From: Gemmatimonadales bacterium
GTDB taxonomy: Bacteria > Gemmatimonadota > Gemmatimonadetes > Gemmatimonadales > GWC2-71-9
Assembly (NCBI GenBank): GCA_036002045.1
Contig: DASYTT010000037.1
Coordinates: 39,608 to 103,607 of the forward strand
Direction: 5' to 3'
Length of the DNA: 64,000 nt
The notes beneath the pieces were generated by a model, which saw nothing but the letters and a program-made list of their open reading frames with translations, was not told the origin of the DNA and did no database searches. Below are positions 28,623 to 38,447 of this stretch, piece by piece. The first letter of the stretch is position 1, and every line of letters begins with the position of its first letter. The translations under genes and the position numbers were made by a program.

Positions 28623-30043
28623 CGTCCGACTCCCGGCGCGGTCTGGCCGATGTTGAAGTCCGTCTTGTACTGATGCTTGGGGTCGAGCCGATCGAACACC
28701 AGCCAACCTTCGTTCCAGACTTTCTCCGCCTTGGAATAAACCGAAAAAGGATCCCCGGACCACAGCACCACGTCGGCCTGCTTGCCGGCTTCGAGCGTTC
28801 CGGTAAGCTGCTCTATGCCGAGCACCCAGGCAGGATTCGCGGTGATCCAGCGGATCGCCTGGTCCCGGGTGAGCGGGATTCCGGCGCGCACCCCGGCGTA
28901 GTAGGCCTTGGCCATGTCCTGATTCATGCGCTGGATGCCGTCCGGGCTATCGGTGTGAATGACCGCGCGGGCCCCCGCGCGGGTGACCAGCGGTGCGTTC
29001 TCGAGGATCTGATCGAACGCTTCCATCTTGAAGCCGCCCCAATCGGACCAGACGGACGCGGCCGTGCCATTGGCGGCGAGGAGGTCCGCCACCTTGTAGG
29101 CTTCGATGGCGTGGTGGAAGGAGCGGATCTTGAATCCGAATTCCTTCGCCAGATCCAGCATCTGGGCCATTTCATCGCCGCGATAGCAGTGGTTCTGGAC
29201 GGAGATCTCGCCGCGCAGCACGCCGGCAAGCGTCTCCATTCGGAGATCCCGCGCCGGCGGATCGCCCTTCTTTTCCTTGAGCCATTTGTCCCAGCGACTG
29301 CGGTACTGCTCGGCCTGGATGAAGGCGGCGCGATAGCCTGCCATGTTGCCCATCCGGGTCGAGGGACCGCGACTCTGATAGACCCGCTTGGGATTCTCTC
29401 CGCACGCCAGCTTTACCCCGTAGGGAGCACCGGGGAACTTCATCTCCTGTACGGTGCGCGCGGGCACCAGCCGGACCGTCGCCGAGCGCCCCCCGACGAG
29501 GTTGGCGGAGCCCGGCAGCACCTGCATGACGGTGACGCCGCCCGCAATTGCGAGCGGGATTTGCGGATCCTGCGGCCAGATCGAATGCTCGGCCCAGACT
29601 TCCGCGGTGACCGGATTGGTCGCCTCATTGCCGTCGCTCTCGGCCGCGGTTCCGGGCGCGGCGTAGACGCCGAGATGGCTATGGGTGTCGATGATCCCCG
29701 GCGTGACGAATTTGCCGGTGCCATCCACGACCTGGGCGTCGGTCGGCGCCGCCACGCTGGTACCGATCGCCACCACCTTGCCGTCGCGAAAAAGGACGGA
29801 GGCGTTGGGAAGCTCCTCGCCGGCGCCCGTCAGCACCGTGGCGTTGCGGATCAGCACTGGCGGGTTAGGCCGGCGCCGGTAGGTCGAAGGATACTGGGGC
29901 CGGTCGGAGCTCAGAGTGTCTTGCGTGGTCGCCACGGGCGTGGCCGGCGAGCCGGGGGCAGGGGCGGGTGCGGCCGGCGCCGGGCGTTGAGCCGCCGTAG
30001 GGGCGCAAGCGGCAAGCAGGCCAGCGAAATACAGTCGTCGCAT
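28619..30043 (-). CDS. Amidohydrolase-family metallo-hydrolase, lipoprotein/secreted
   Basis: HxH motif (IDTHSHLG), plus later His (VQNHCY) and VIHTDSPDG blocks. N-terminus MRRLYFAGLLAACA. Confidence 0.8.
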   Translation of the reverse strand: MRRLYFAGLLAACAPTAAQRPAPAAPAPAPGSPATPVATTQDTLSSDRPQYPSTYRRRPNPPVLIRNATVLTGAGEELPNASVLFRDGKVVAIGTSVAAPTDAQVVDGTGKFVTPGIIDTHSHLGVYAAPGTAAESDGNEATNPVTAEVWAEHSIWPQDPQIPLAIAGGVTVMQVLPGSANLVGGRSATVRLVPARTVQEMKFPGAPYGVKLACGENPKRVYQSRGPSTRMGNMAGYRAAFIQAEQYRSRWDKWLKEKKGDPPARDLRMETLAGVLRGEISVQNHCYRGDEMAQMLDLAKEFGFKIRSFHHAIEAYKVADLLAANGTAASVWSDWGGFKMEAFDQILENAPLVTRAGARAVIHTDSPDGIQRMNQDMAKAYYAGVRAGIPLTRDQAIRWITANPAWVLGIEQLTGTLEAGKQADVVLWSGDPFSVYSKAEKVWNEGWLVFDRLDPKHQYKTDFNIGQTAPGVGR

Positions 30044-30075
30044 GAGAAGCGATCCTGGTTGGGGAACGAGCCGGG

Positions 30076-32178
30076 CTAGGGTACCCGGACGAACTCGACG
30101 GGCTGTCCGGCGATCGAGAGCTTCAAGAGCCGGTGCGGCGCTCCTGTGCTCACCCAGAGCACCAGGGGAGCCGGCCCGCCGCTCAGCTCGGCGCGGAACG
30201 CCTCGACCGACTGCTCGCCGAGCTTGACGGGCTCGGTGCCCGTCACCTTGAGGGTCCAGGGCTTGAGCTCACCCTGCCCGGCGCTCAGCACGTTGAAGGT
30301 CCAGGTGGCGTCGGCGCGCCAGCGCAGCGCCGGCAGCAGCGCTTGCAGCGCATTGTCGTCCAGCGTCCCCGGCGCGAGGGCCGTATCGATGGTGACCGCC
30401 TTGAGCTGCCCGGTTGCGGGATCAGGTGTTTTGGCGCTGCCCTTCGCGCGCCCCCCCGCGTAGCTCACATCGATGCTGACATCCTGTCCCTGCTGCTTAC
30501 CGGTCTGCTTCACACTCCGCATCGCGCCGGTACGATCGAACTCCAGAACCGTCGTCTGTTCGACGAAGCCGCCCAAACGCAGGTCCTCGGTATAGCGATA
30601 TCCCTCGGCGGTCGGCTCGACCACCCCACGCTGCCAGCCGACCGGCGCGCCGTTGAGCCGGATGGCGAAGCTGTCCCTGCGCGCCACGATCGCGCTCATA
30701 TCCAGCTCGAGCGCCGCCACCTTGGGAGACAGGTCCAGTGGAGTGAGCGGCTTCCCCTCCGGATCAACGATGGTGATGGGCGCCACGTCCTTGATCTGCT
30801 CATAGATCTTCGCTCCGTCGCCCACGACCACTATTGCGGCGCTCTGGGGCCGGATTGTAGCCTGCGCCGTCGCTTGAACCTGAGCTGCGGTCACGGCGCC
30901 CAGCCGGACCCGGTAGGTCTGGACATAGTCGGGCGCGAGTCCGTAGAGTCGCGCGTTGGCGACCGCCCCGGCCACCTGATCAGCCGATTCGATCGTGAGC
31001 GGGAACCTTCCGGTCAGCGAGCCCTTGGCTTTCTCCAGCTCGACGGAGTCCACCGTCTCGCTGCGAATGCGCTCGAGCTGATGCAGGAGCTCCTTCAGTG
31101 CCGAATCGGTGACTTCGGTGCGCACTTCGGTACTCGCCTCGAAATACCCGATCCCCTTGCGGCGGGCATAGCGAGCGTAGGCGCCGTAGGTCCAGCTCTT
31201 CTGCTCGCGCAGGATCATGAACAACCGGCTCGAGGCACCGCCCCCCAGCACCTGATTGGTGACGGTTGCGGCATAACTCCGTGGATCGGTCGGGAGGAAG
31301 CTGAGATTACCCACCAGGATGTTGGACTGCACCGAGCCGGGGCGGTGCACCAGAATCAGCTCGGTCTTCGTCCGCGCCGGCGAGGTGGGAGCGGCCGGGC
31401 TGGCGGGCGGTACCCCTTGCCAATTTCCGAAGGCGCGTAAGGCCAGGCGGCGTACTTCGACCGGCTTCACATCACCCGCGACCACCAGCAGGGCGCCCGA
31501 GGGCCGCAGCCGCATCCGCTGGAACGCCTGGATGTCGGCTCGGGTGAGGGAGCGGACGCTGGCCGGCGTCATGCTCCGGGCGTAGGGATGCGCGCCGTAG
31601 AGTGCGTTGCGAAAGGCGCGATCGGCGATCACCTCGGGCTGCGTGAGCGAAACCTGGAGCGCCGAGAGGGTCTGGGTTCGCAGCAGCTCGAGCTCCCGCT
31701 CGGGAAAGGCCGGGCGAATGGCGGCGTCGCCGATCAACTCGAACGCCAGCGAGAGGCTGGGGGTCAGCACCGTCGAGCTGATCGAGAGAAAATCCGGCCC
31801 GGCTCCAGCCGTGAGCGAGCCACCCGCGCTCTCGATCGCTTCGGAGACCTGCTCCGCGCTCCGAGTGCCGGCTCCCTTGGTCAGTAGTCCGGCCACCATC
31901 TCCGCGAGACCATCCTTGCCGGCCGGATCCTTGATCGATTCTGCCGCGAAATTGAGCGACAAGGAAACGATAGGCTGCTTGTGGCTCTCCACCACGAGCA
32001 GGCGGAGCCCGTTGGGAAGCACCGTCTCGTAAAAAGGCGGGAACTTCGCGGGGGTGAGCGGTGCAGGGGGCGGCGGAGTCTTGGGGTAGTCCTGCGAGGC
32101 AGCAACGGCCGGGAGCAGCAGACCCGCCGCCACGAACCAACCGCGCACCCCTGTCCTCACGGTCCTTACGGTGCTCAC
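30076..32178 (-). CDS. M16-family peptidase-like protein lacking HxxEH, with a C-terminal extension
   Basis: M16 fold (LPNGLRLLVVESHKQPIVSL...) but no HxxEH zinc motif. Has an extra C-terminal region of roughly 250 aa. Start set to GTG 32178, overlapping the upstream stop (GTGA). Confidence 0.7.
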   Translation of the reverse strand: MSTVRTVRTGVRGWFVAAGLLLPAVAASQDYPKTPPPPAPLTPAKFPPFYETVLPNGLRLLVVESHKQPIVSLSLNFAAESIKDPAGKDGLAEMVAGLLTKGAGTRSAEQVSEAIESAGGSLTAGAGPDFLSISSTVLTPSLSLAFELIGDAAIRPAFPERELELLRTQTLSALQVSLTQPEVIADRAFRNALYGAHPYARSMTPASVRSLTRADIQAFQRMRLRPSGALLVVAGDVKPVEVRRLALRAFGNWQGVPPASPAAPTSPARTKTELILVHRPGSVQSNILVGNLSFLPTDPRSYAATVTNQVLGGGASSRLFMILREQKSWTYGAYARYARRKGIGYFEASTEVRTEVTDSALKELLHQLERIRSETVDSVELEKAKGSLTGRFPLTIESADQVAGAVANARLYGLAPDYVQTYRVRLGAVTAAQVQATAQATIRPQSAAIVVVGDGAKIYEQIKDVAPITIVDPEGKPLTPLDLSPKVAALELDMSAIVARRDSFAIRLNGAPVGWQRGVVEPTAEGYRYTEDLRLGGFVEQTTVLEFDRTGAMRSVKQTGKQQGQDVSIDVSYAGGRAKGSAKTPDPATGQLKAVTIDTALAPGTLDDNALQALLPALRWRADATWTFNVLSAGQGELKPWTLKVTGTEPVKLGEQSVEAFRAELSGGPAPLVLWVSTGAPHRLLKLSIAGQPVEFVRVP

Positions 32179-33533
32179 TTGGCTCCTCCCGGCGTGATCA
32201 ACAGAACCAGCGAATTCTCCGGGCGAAAATAGGTGGTGGCTACTCGCTTGATGTCCGCGACCGTCACGGCGAGATAGCGCTTCCAATTGGTGTTGACGGC
32301 TTCGGGATCCCCCAGGAAGAGGGCGGCAGCTTGCAGCGCTTCCGCCTTGGCGAGCGCCTGCTGCTGCTGAGTGATGAGCTGCGTGCGATAGCCGTTCTTG
32401 GCCTTGTTCAGCTCCGCTTCGGTAACCCCCTCGCTGATGACCCGGGCGAACTCTCTGGCCAGGCCGGCTTCGAGCGAATCCGGGGATACTCCCTGGTTCG
32501 TAATCCCGAACGCGAGCAGCACGCCGGGTCCGCGCCGGGGGGCGAAGGGGTTGGAGATCACGACGGCGAACTGGGCGAGCTTCTGGTCGCGCACCACCGA
32601 CTTGTTCATGCGGGAGCTCTCGCCCTGCCCCAGGATGGTCAACAGCAGATCGATAACCGGGAAATCGGCATGGCGATACTCGGGAACCCGATAGGCGAGC
32701 AATACGCCCGCGAGGTTGGCTTTCGGGTCGGGCCAGGGTCGCCGGATCGCTCCCGAATTGAATCTGGATTCGCAGCTGACCGGGGGCGGCTCTTTCCCGC
32801 GGGGAATACTTCCAAAATACTGTTCGATGAGCCGCTTCGCCTCGGCGGATTCGAAGTCTCCGACCACCGTAAGGGTGGCGTTGTTGGGCGCGTAATAGAG
32901 ATCGAAGAAGGCCTTCACATCTCCGGTCTTGGCGGCGTTGAGATCGTCCATCGAGCCGATCACCGAATGCGCGTAGGGGAAGCAGCTCGCGCTGTCCGCC
33001 AGCGCGTACATCCCTTCGAAAATCGCGCCGGCGTAGGGCTGATTGTCGACCCGCAGCCTGCGCTCCTCTTTCACCGCTTCCCGCTGATTGGCAAAGGTGG
33101 AATCGGTCACCGCCAGCGAGCGCATGCGGTCCGCCTCCAGCCAGAGACCGAGGTTGAGCCGATTGGAAGGCAGCGCCTGGAAATAGTTGGTGCGATCCTC
33201 CGCCGTGCTGCCATTCGAGGCTCCGCCGGCCTGCTCCACCAGCTGAAAGTGCTCGGCCTTCTTCACGTTCGCCGAGCCCTGGAACATCATGTGCTCAAAG
33301 AGGTGGGCGAACCCGGTCCGCCCTCTCACCTCATCGCGCGAGCCGACGTGGTACCAGACATCGACCGCCACCACTTGGGAAGAACGGTCCGGGGCCAGGA
33401 TAACCGTGAGCCCGTTGGGGAGTGAATAGGTCTCGAAGCTGATTCGCGCGGGCTCCTGCGCAAAGAGCCTTTCGGGAGCGCCCGTCGAGAGTGCAAGCCC
33501 GAGCCAGAGCGAAAGGCGTCTGAATGATGGCAT
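32175..33533 (-). CDS. M16-family zinc peptidase (pitrilysin/insulinase-like), secreted
   Basis: HxxEH zinc motif in GFAHLFEHMMFQGS. Has a signal peptide. Confidence 0.85.
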   Translation of the reverse strand: MPSFRRLSLWLGLALSTGAPERLFAQEPARISFETYSLPNGLTVILAPDRSSQVVAVDVWYHVGSRDEVRGRTGFAHLFEHMMFQGSANVKKAEHFQLVEQAGGASNGSTAEDRTNYFQALPSNRLNLGLWLEADRMRSLAVTDSTFANQREAVKEERRLRVDNQPYAGAIFEGMYALADSASCFPYAHSVIGSMDDLNAAKTGDVKAFFDLYYAPNNATLTVVGDFESAEAKRLIEQYFGSIPRGKEPPPVSCESRFNSGAIRRPWPDPKANLAGVLLAYRVPEYRHADFPVIDLLLTILGQGESSRMNKSVVRDQKLAQFAVVISNPFAPRRGPGVLLAFGITNQGVSPDSLEAGLAREFARVISEGVTEAELNKAKNGYRTQLITQQQQALAKAEALQAAALFLGDPEAVNTNWKRYLAVTVADIKRVATTYFRPENSLVLLITPGGAK

Positions 33534-33591
33534 CGAAACGAAGGTCCTTGGTTAAGACAGCAGGCGATGGCGACTCACCGAGCCGAGCATT

Positions 33592-34269
33592 CTACCCGAC
33601 TCGGAGCCTTTCCGGGAAGTTCCCACACAATCCGTCCACGCCCAGCTCCGCGAGCCGGCGGGCGATTCCGGGGTCGTCCACGGTCCAGGCGATGAGCTGG
33701 GCGCCGCTCCGCTGGACCGCCGCGACGAGCTCCGGATCGATTAGATGCCATTCCTGCCACAAAGTGTTTGCCCCGGCAGCCAGGAGGGGGCCAATCGGAT
33801 CCACCGGGTAGGAGGTCGAGAGAATGCCGCGTCGCAAACCAGGCCTGCGGGCACCCAGCCGCGCCACGATCCGGTGGTCGAAGCTATGAACGGCGCAATG
33901 CGCTGGCTCGGGGGAGCGGTCGATGGCCTCGAGGAGCGCCGCATCGGCTGTGGGAGGCAGGGACTTGAGCTCGATCCAAACCTCCACTCCCTGGAGAACG
34001 GCGAGTGCCTCCTCCAAGAGGGGAATCGGCTCTCCGTTGCTGAGCCGACGCCGGCGCACCGTTGCGCGGTCGAGCTCCGCGATGAGGCCGAGTCCGGGGA
34101 TCTCCCCATCGTGCTGGACGATCAACGCACCGTCGCGCGTCGTGTGGACATCCAGCTCCACCCCATGAGCTCCCCGCTGGATCGCCGCTCGGAAGGCAGC
34201 CAAGCTGTTCTCCGGCTGGTCAGCGGAGGCCCCGCGATGCGCCAGGATTCGAGGTTGAGCCAAGCTCAT
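33592..34269 (-). CDS. Glycerophosphodiester phosphodiesterase
   Basis: GDPD blocks ILAHRGAS...PENSLAAF...GVELDVHTTRDG. Confidence 0.8.
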   Translation of the reverse strand: MSLAQPRILAHRGASADQPENSLAAFRAAIQRGAHGVELDVHTTRDGALIVQHDGEIPGLGLIAELDRATVRRRRLSNGEPIPLLEEALAVLQGVEVWIELKSLPPTADAALLEAIDRSPEPAHCAVHSFDHRIVARLGARRPGLRRGILSTSYPVDPIGPLLAAGANTLWQEWHLIDPELVAAVQRSGAQLIAWTVDDPGIARRLAELGVDGLCGNFPERLRVG

Positions 34270-34454
34270 GGCTCGAACGCGACCGTCGAATCCGGATAAA
34301 TCACTCGATATGTGATTAGATAACCCCCTGCAAAATCAGCGGTTTGACGTTCTCTCCACAAAATCTGGATCGAGTAGATTTCCCGGCTGTTGAAGGCGTC
34401 TAATCAGGACTCCAACTTAACGCTGGCATTGAACTTCCGTCCTCCTCCCGACCG

Positions 34455-35003
34455 ATGTCTGCGCTGAGCGACGACTCTTTCCAGTCCGATGCCGCGCTCG
34501 TCGCCGCCTATCGGTCCGGAGACGAGCGGGCGGCCACCGAGCTCGTCACCCGGCACGCCAAGGCCCTGGGGCGGTTCCTGTACGGCGCCGGTGCGCCCGC
34601 CTTTTCGGTGGAAGACCTGGTTCAGGAGACTTTCTTCCGGGCCTTCCGGGCCCTGGCCAGCTGGCGCGGCGAAGCGAGCTTCCGGAGCTGGCTCTTCCGA
34701 ATCGGGTCGAACTTGCGAAAGGACCTCTATCGCCGGGAAGGTGGCCGGATTGTCCTGCCGATCGAGGACACCGAGGTCCCCGATTCAGCGGACCCTCAGG
34801 GGGAAGCCGGGGCGAGCGAGATGGAGCAGCGGCTGCGCGAAGGACTGGGACGCTTGCCGCGCTTGCAAAGGGAAGTGTTTCTGCTTCGAGCGCAGCAGGG
34901 AATGGAATACGACGAGATTTGCGCCTCGCTGGGAACTACTCCCGGCGCTGCGCGCGTGCACTATCACCATGCGGTGAAGCGGCTCAAGGAGATGATGGGA
35001 TGA
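34455..35003 (+). CDS. ECF-type RNA polymerase sigma factor (sigma-70 family)
   Basis: Region 2 (DLVQETFFRAFRAL) and region 4 HTH (MEYDEICASLGTTPGAARVHYHHAVKRLKE). Confidence 0.85.
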   Translation: MSALSDDSFQSDAALVAAYRSGDERAATELVTRHAKALGRFLYGAGAPAFSVEDLVQETFFRAFRALASWRGEASFRSWLFRIGSNLRKDLYRREGGRIVLPIEDTEVPDSADPQGEAGASEMEQRLREGLGRLPRLQREVFLLRAQQGMEYDEICASLGTTPGAARVHYHHAVKRLKEMMG

Positions 35004-35419
35004 CGGAGGACGAGCTGGTCCGGACAGCTTCCCGGCTGGGCGACCAGGCAGTACGAGATCTCGATGGCGGGCGGCTGGCGCGGACGGTGCTGGCCAGACT
35101 TGCCACGGAGCCTGTAGTGTCCGCCTCGACCCATTTCCTGCGGCGTAGTTGGCTGGTCGGGCTCGCTCCAGCTGCCGCGCTGTTACTGGTGCTGCGCTTG
35201 ACCCTGGGTGGAGGCCCGGCTGCAACGACCTCGTCGGTCGCAGCGCCGGCAACGCTGAGCGTGCTACACGAGCTGGACGAGCTGAGCGCAGCCGAACTCG
35301 AGGTCCTGCTCGAGATTCTGCCGCCTGCCACGGACTCGGCGGGACATCCCGACGCGGCATCATTCGACGAGCTGGACGTCAAGAGTCTGGAGCGCTTGCT
35401 GCGCTCCTTGGAGGGATGA
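35000..35419 (+). CDS. Putative anti-sigma factor
   Basis: 139 aa. ATGA overlap with the sigma-factor stop. One hydrophobic segment (WLVGLAPAAALLLVL). Assigned by position only. Confidence 0.4.
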   Translation: MTEDELVRTASRLGDQAVRDLDGGRLARTVLARLATEPVVSASTHFLRRSWLVGLAPAAALLLVLRLTLGGGPAATTSSVAAPATLSVLHELDELSAAELEVLLEILPPATDSAGHPDAASFDELDVKSLERLLRSLEG

Positions 35420-35910
35420 TGCGATTCTTTGCCATGCTGGGCCTGGCGGTGTGCGCCGTTGCCCCGATCGCCCGGGCGCAGGATACCCTGTTGCCCGATC
35501 CGGTGCGAGCCGAACGCCTGCGCATGCAGATCGAGCGGCGCTTCGGTGATCGGCTCAAGGAAGAGCTCGGGCTGAGCGATGAGCAGACCAGCAAGGTGCG
35601 GGTTACTCTGGCCACTATTGCCGCGAGACGGCGGGGCATGGAGCTCACGGAGCGGCGCCTGCGCCAGGCGTTGGCCTATCAGCTGCGGCCCGGCGTCGCG
35701 GCCAACTCAGACAGCGTGGCCAAGCTGGTGGAGTCGCTCACCAGCCATCGGGTGGCGTTCGCGCAAACCTTCATCGACGAAATGCGCGAGCTTGCCACCA
35801 TCCTGAATCCGGTCCAGCGCGGGCAGTATCTCATGTTGCGCGACCGGCTGATGCAGCGTGCCCAGGAGCTGCAGCAGGGCCGGATGAATCCGGGCCGACC
35901 CAGGCCCTAG
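35416..35910 (+). CDS. Periplasmic Spy/CpxP-like (LTxxQ-type) protein
   Basis: 164 aa. ATGA overlap with the upstream gene. Signal peptide MMRFFAMLGLAVCAVAPIARA. Helical, Arg/Gln-rich repeats (LSDEQTSKV..., LNPVQRGQY...). Confidence 0.5.
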   Translation: MMRFFAMLGLAVCAVAPIARAQDTLLPDPVRAERLRMQIERRFGDRLKEELGLSDEQTSKVRVTLATIAARRRGMELTERRLRQALAYQLRPGVAANSDSVAKLVESLTSHRVAFAQTFIDEMRELATILNPVQRGQYLMLRDRLMQRAQELQQGRMNPGRPRP

Positions 35911-35916
35911 CAGGCG

Positions 35917-36690
35917 CTACTGATTGACGCCGCTGGCGAGGAAGCCGCCGTCTACCGCCAGCAGGTGTCCCGTCACGAACGCAGCCGACTCCGAGGCCAG
36001 GAAGATCGCTGCCCCAACCAGCTCGCGGGGCAGTCCGAAGCGGCGCATCGGCGTGCGGAGCAACAACTCGCGGCCCCGCTCGGTCCCATCCAGCAAGCCC
36101 TCGTTGAGCGGAGTGCGAAACACCCCCGGCAGCAGCGCATTGACGCAGACCCCCGCCGGCGCCCATTCGACGGCGAGCGTCCGCGTCAGCGCGGCCACTC
36201 CTGCCTTGCTGGCGGCGTAGGCGGCCACCTCATGGAAGCCGACCAGCGAAGTCAGCGAGGCGATGTTGATGACCCGGCCATAGCCGCGCTCGAGCATCCG
36301 CCGGCCAAAGGCGCGACAGGCGCGCAGCGTTCCGGTGAGATTGGTGTCCAGAATGGTCTGCCACTCCGCGAGGCTCAGCTCGAGTGTCGGAGCGCGGGCG
36401 GTGATCCCCGCTGCGTTGACCAGAATCTCGACCGGCCCCAGGCTTTCGCAGGCCACCCGCAGCGCCTCGAGCGAGTCTTCGTCGGTTACGTCACTGGTCA
36501 TCCGCAAGGAGCGCCGGCCTAGGGCTTCGATTTCGCTCGCTGCCGCCTCGACCAGCTCGCTCCGCCTGCCGGTCGGCACGACATCCGCTCCCGCCTCGGC
36601 CAGGCCGAGGGCGAGCGCTCGCCCGATGCCGGAGGTTCCGCCGATGACGACGGCGACGCGCCCGCTGAGATCGAGCCCAGAGTATCCCAT
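35917..36690 (-). CDS. Short-chain dehydrogenase/reductase (KduD / gluconate-5-dehydrogenase-like)
   Basis: TGxxxGIG (GGTSGIGRA), NNAG-like NAAG and YxxxK (YAASKAGV). Confidence 0.85.
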   Translation of the reverse strand: MGYSGLDLSGRVAVVIGGTSGIGRALALGLAEAGADVVPTGRRSELVEAAASEIEALGRRSLRMTSDVTDEDSLEALRVACESLGPVEILVNAAGITARAPTLELSLAEWQTILDTNLTGTLRACRAFGRRMLERGYGRVINIASLTSLVGFHEVAAYAASKAGVAALTRTLAVEWAPAGVCVNALLPGVFRTPLNEGLLDGTERGRELLLRTPMRRFGLPRELVGAAIFLASESAAFVTGHLLAVDGGFLASGVNQ

Positions 36691-36771
36691 TCAGCCGGCT
36701 CCTTTCCTGCTCCCGCTCGGCGCGGAGTATTATCCCGGCCGGGCGAAAGTCAACTAGAGGTCAGACCACCT

Positions 36772-37788
36772 ATGGATCTGGTGACCTTCGGCGAGGCGAT
36801 GCTGCGGCTCACCCCGCCTGACTTCCAGCGGCTCGAGCAAGCCACCAGCTTCGGCGTCCAGGTCGGGGGCGGTGAGCTCAATGTCGCGGTCGGTGCGGCG
36901 CGACTGGGACTCGCCACCGGCTGGGTTTCCCGCCTCCCCGACAACCCCCTCGGCCGGCTGATCAGGAACCGGGCCCGCGAGCACGGCGTGGATCTTTCGC
37001 GGGTGTTGTGGACGCCCGGCGCTCGCGCGGGGATCTACTTCGCAGAGCTGGGTGCGGCCCCCCGGGCGAGCAGCATCCTCTACGATCGCGCCGGCTCGGC
37101 GTTCAGCCGTATCGCGCCGGGCATGATCGATTGGTCCAGCGCCTTCGCGGGGGCGCGCTGGTTCCATACCAGCGGCATCACGCCGGCGCTGAGCGACTCC
37201 GCCGCCGCCACCACCGCCGAGGCGCTGTCCGCTGCGAAGCGCGCCGGGCTGACCGTCAGCTACGACCTCAATTATCGGAGTAAGCTCTGGAGTCCCGAGC
37301 GCGCCCGCGCGGTGCAGGAGCCGCTGCTTTCCCAAGTCGACGTGCTCATCGCCACCGAGGAGGATATCCGGGTCGTCCTCGGGATTGCCAGCGGCGGCGG
37401 GGATCGGTTCGACCGGATCGACGCCGAGTCCTTTGCCACCGCAGCGGGAGCGGTCGCTGAGCGCTTTGGGGTGGGCACGGTGGCGATCACGCTGCGGGCC
37501 AATCCCCGCGTCTGGCAGAACAGCTGGAGCGCGCTGCTGCTCGCCGGAGGTCAGCCGCACTGCGGGCCGCGCTATGAGGTCGAGATCGTCGATCGGATCG
37601 GCGCCGGCGATGCGTTCAGTGCCGGGTTGATCTTTGCGACGCTGCGGGGTGCCGACTGGGAGAGCGCGCTTCGGTTTGCCGTCGCCCTGTCGGCGCTCAA
37701 ACACACCGTGCCGGGGGACTTCAGTCTCGCCACGCTGGAAGAGGTCGAACGACTGCTGGCCGGTGGCAGCCTGCGGGTCAGTCGCTGA
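36772..37788 (+). CDS. kdgK: PfkB-family sugar kinase, probably 2-dehydro-3-deoxygluconokinase
   Basis: PfkB motifs (GGGELNVAV; DRIGAGDAFSAG). Its context, next to eda and uxuA, supports the call. Confidence 0.7.
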   Translation: MDLVTFGEAMLRLTPPDFQRLEQATSFGVQVGGGELNVAVGAARLGLATGWVSRLPDNPLGRLIRNRAREHGVDLSRVLWTPGARAGIYFAELGAAPRASSILYDRAGSAFSRIAPGMIDWSSAFAGARWFHTSGITPALSDSAAATTAEALSAAKRAGLTVSYDLNYRSKLWSPERARAVQEPLLSQVDVLIATEEDIRVVLGIASGGGDRFDRIDAESFATAAGAVAERFGVGTVAITLRANPRVWQNSWSALLLAGGQPHCGPRYEVEIVDRIGAGDAFSAGLIFATLRGADWESALRFAVALSALKHTVPGDFSLATLEEVERLLAGGSLRVSR

Positions 37789-37796
37789 ATACCTCG

Positions 37797-38447
37797 ATGC
37801 GTCCCCCGGCCGAGGTCATCGCGCTGCTCAGGGAGATCGGGATTATCCCGGTGATCCGCGCGGATTCCGCGGCCACCGCGGTGCGGGTGGCGGAAACGCT
37901 GGCCGAGGCAGGAATCCCGATCGCCGAGGTTACCCTCACGGTGCCGGACGCCTGGGACGCCCTGAGAGAGCTCGCCCGCCGTCCCGGCCTGCTGGTGGGC
38001 GCCGGAACCGTGACAGAATCCGCCCAAGTGCCGCAGGCCATCGAGGCGGGCGCCCAATTCATCGTAAGTCCCGGCTTTGAGGCGGAGGTCGTGCGAAGGG
38101 CGAAGGGAGCCCGGGTCGCCGTCCTGGCTGGCGCGCTTACCCCCACCGAGGTCCTGCAGGCCTCACGCAGCGGCGCCGATCTCGTCAAGATCTTCCCGGC
38201 GCAGAGTGTCGGCGGGGCTGCCTACATCCGTGCCCTGCGGGGACCCTTTCCGGCCGTCCTGCTGGTGCCGACGGGCGGGGTGAGCCTGGAGACGGTCGGG
38301 GATTTCATCCGTGCCGGTGCCGCTGCGGTGGGAGTGGGCGGGGAACTGGTGCTCCGCGAGGCGCTCGCCCGCGGCGATTATGCGGCAATCGGCTCACTCG
38401 CCGCGCGATTCCTGCAAGCCGTGAAGGTGGCCCGGGCATGCAGCTGA
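37797..38447 (+). CDS. eda: KDPG / KHG aldolase
   Basis: IIPVIR...AGIPIAEVTL...GAGTV...KIFPA blocks of the Eda family. Confidence 0.8.
   Translation: MRPPAEVIALLREIGIIPVIRADSAATAVRVAETLAEAGIPIAEVTLTVPDAWDALRELARRPGLLVGAGTVTESAQVPQAIEAGAQFIVSPGFEAEVVRRAKGARVAVLAGALTPTEVLQASRSGADLVKIFPAQSVGGAAYIRALRGPFPAVLLVPTGGVSLETVGDFIRAGAAAVGVGGELVLREALARGDYAAIGSLAARFLQAVKVARACS

Noticed and set aside
34380-34454. ECF-type autoregulatory promoter upstream of the sigma factor gene
   Set aside because: AAC and CGTC elements are present (CCAACTT..., ...CCGTCC), but the spacing I counted (about 21 nt) does not fit the usual 16-17 nt. It is therefore not annotated as a feature.
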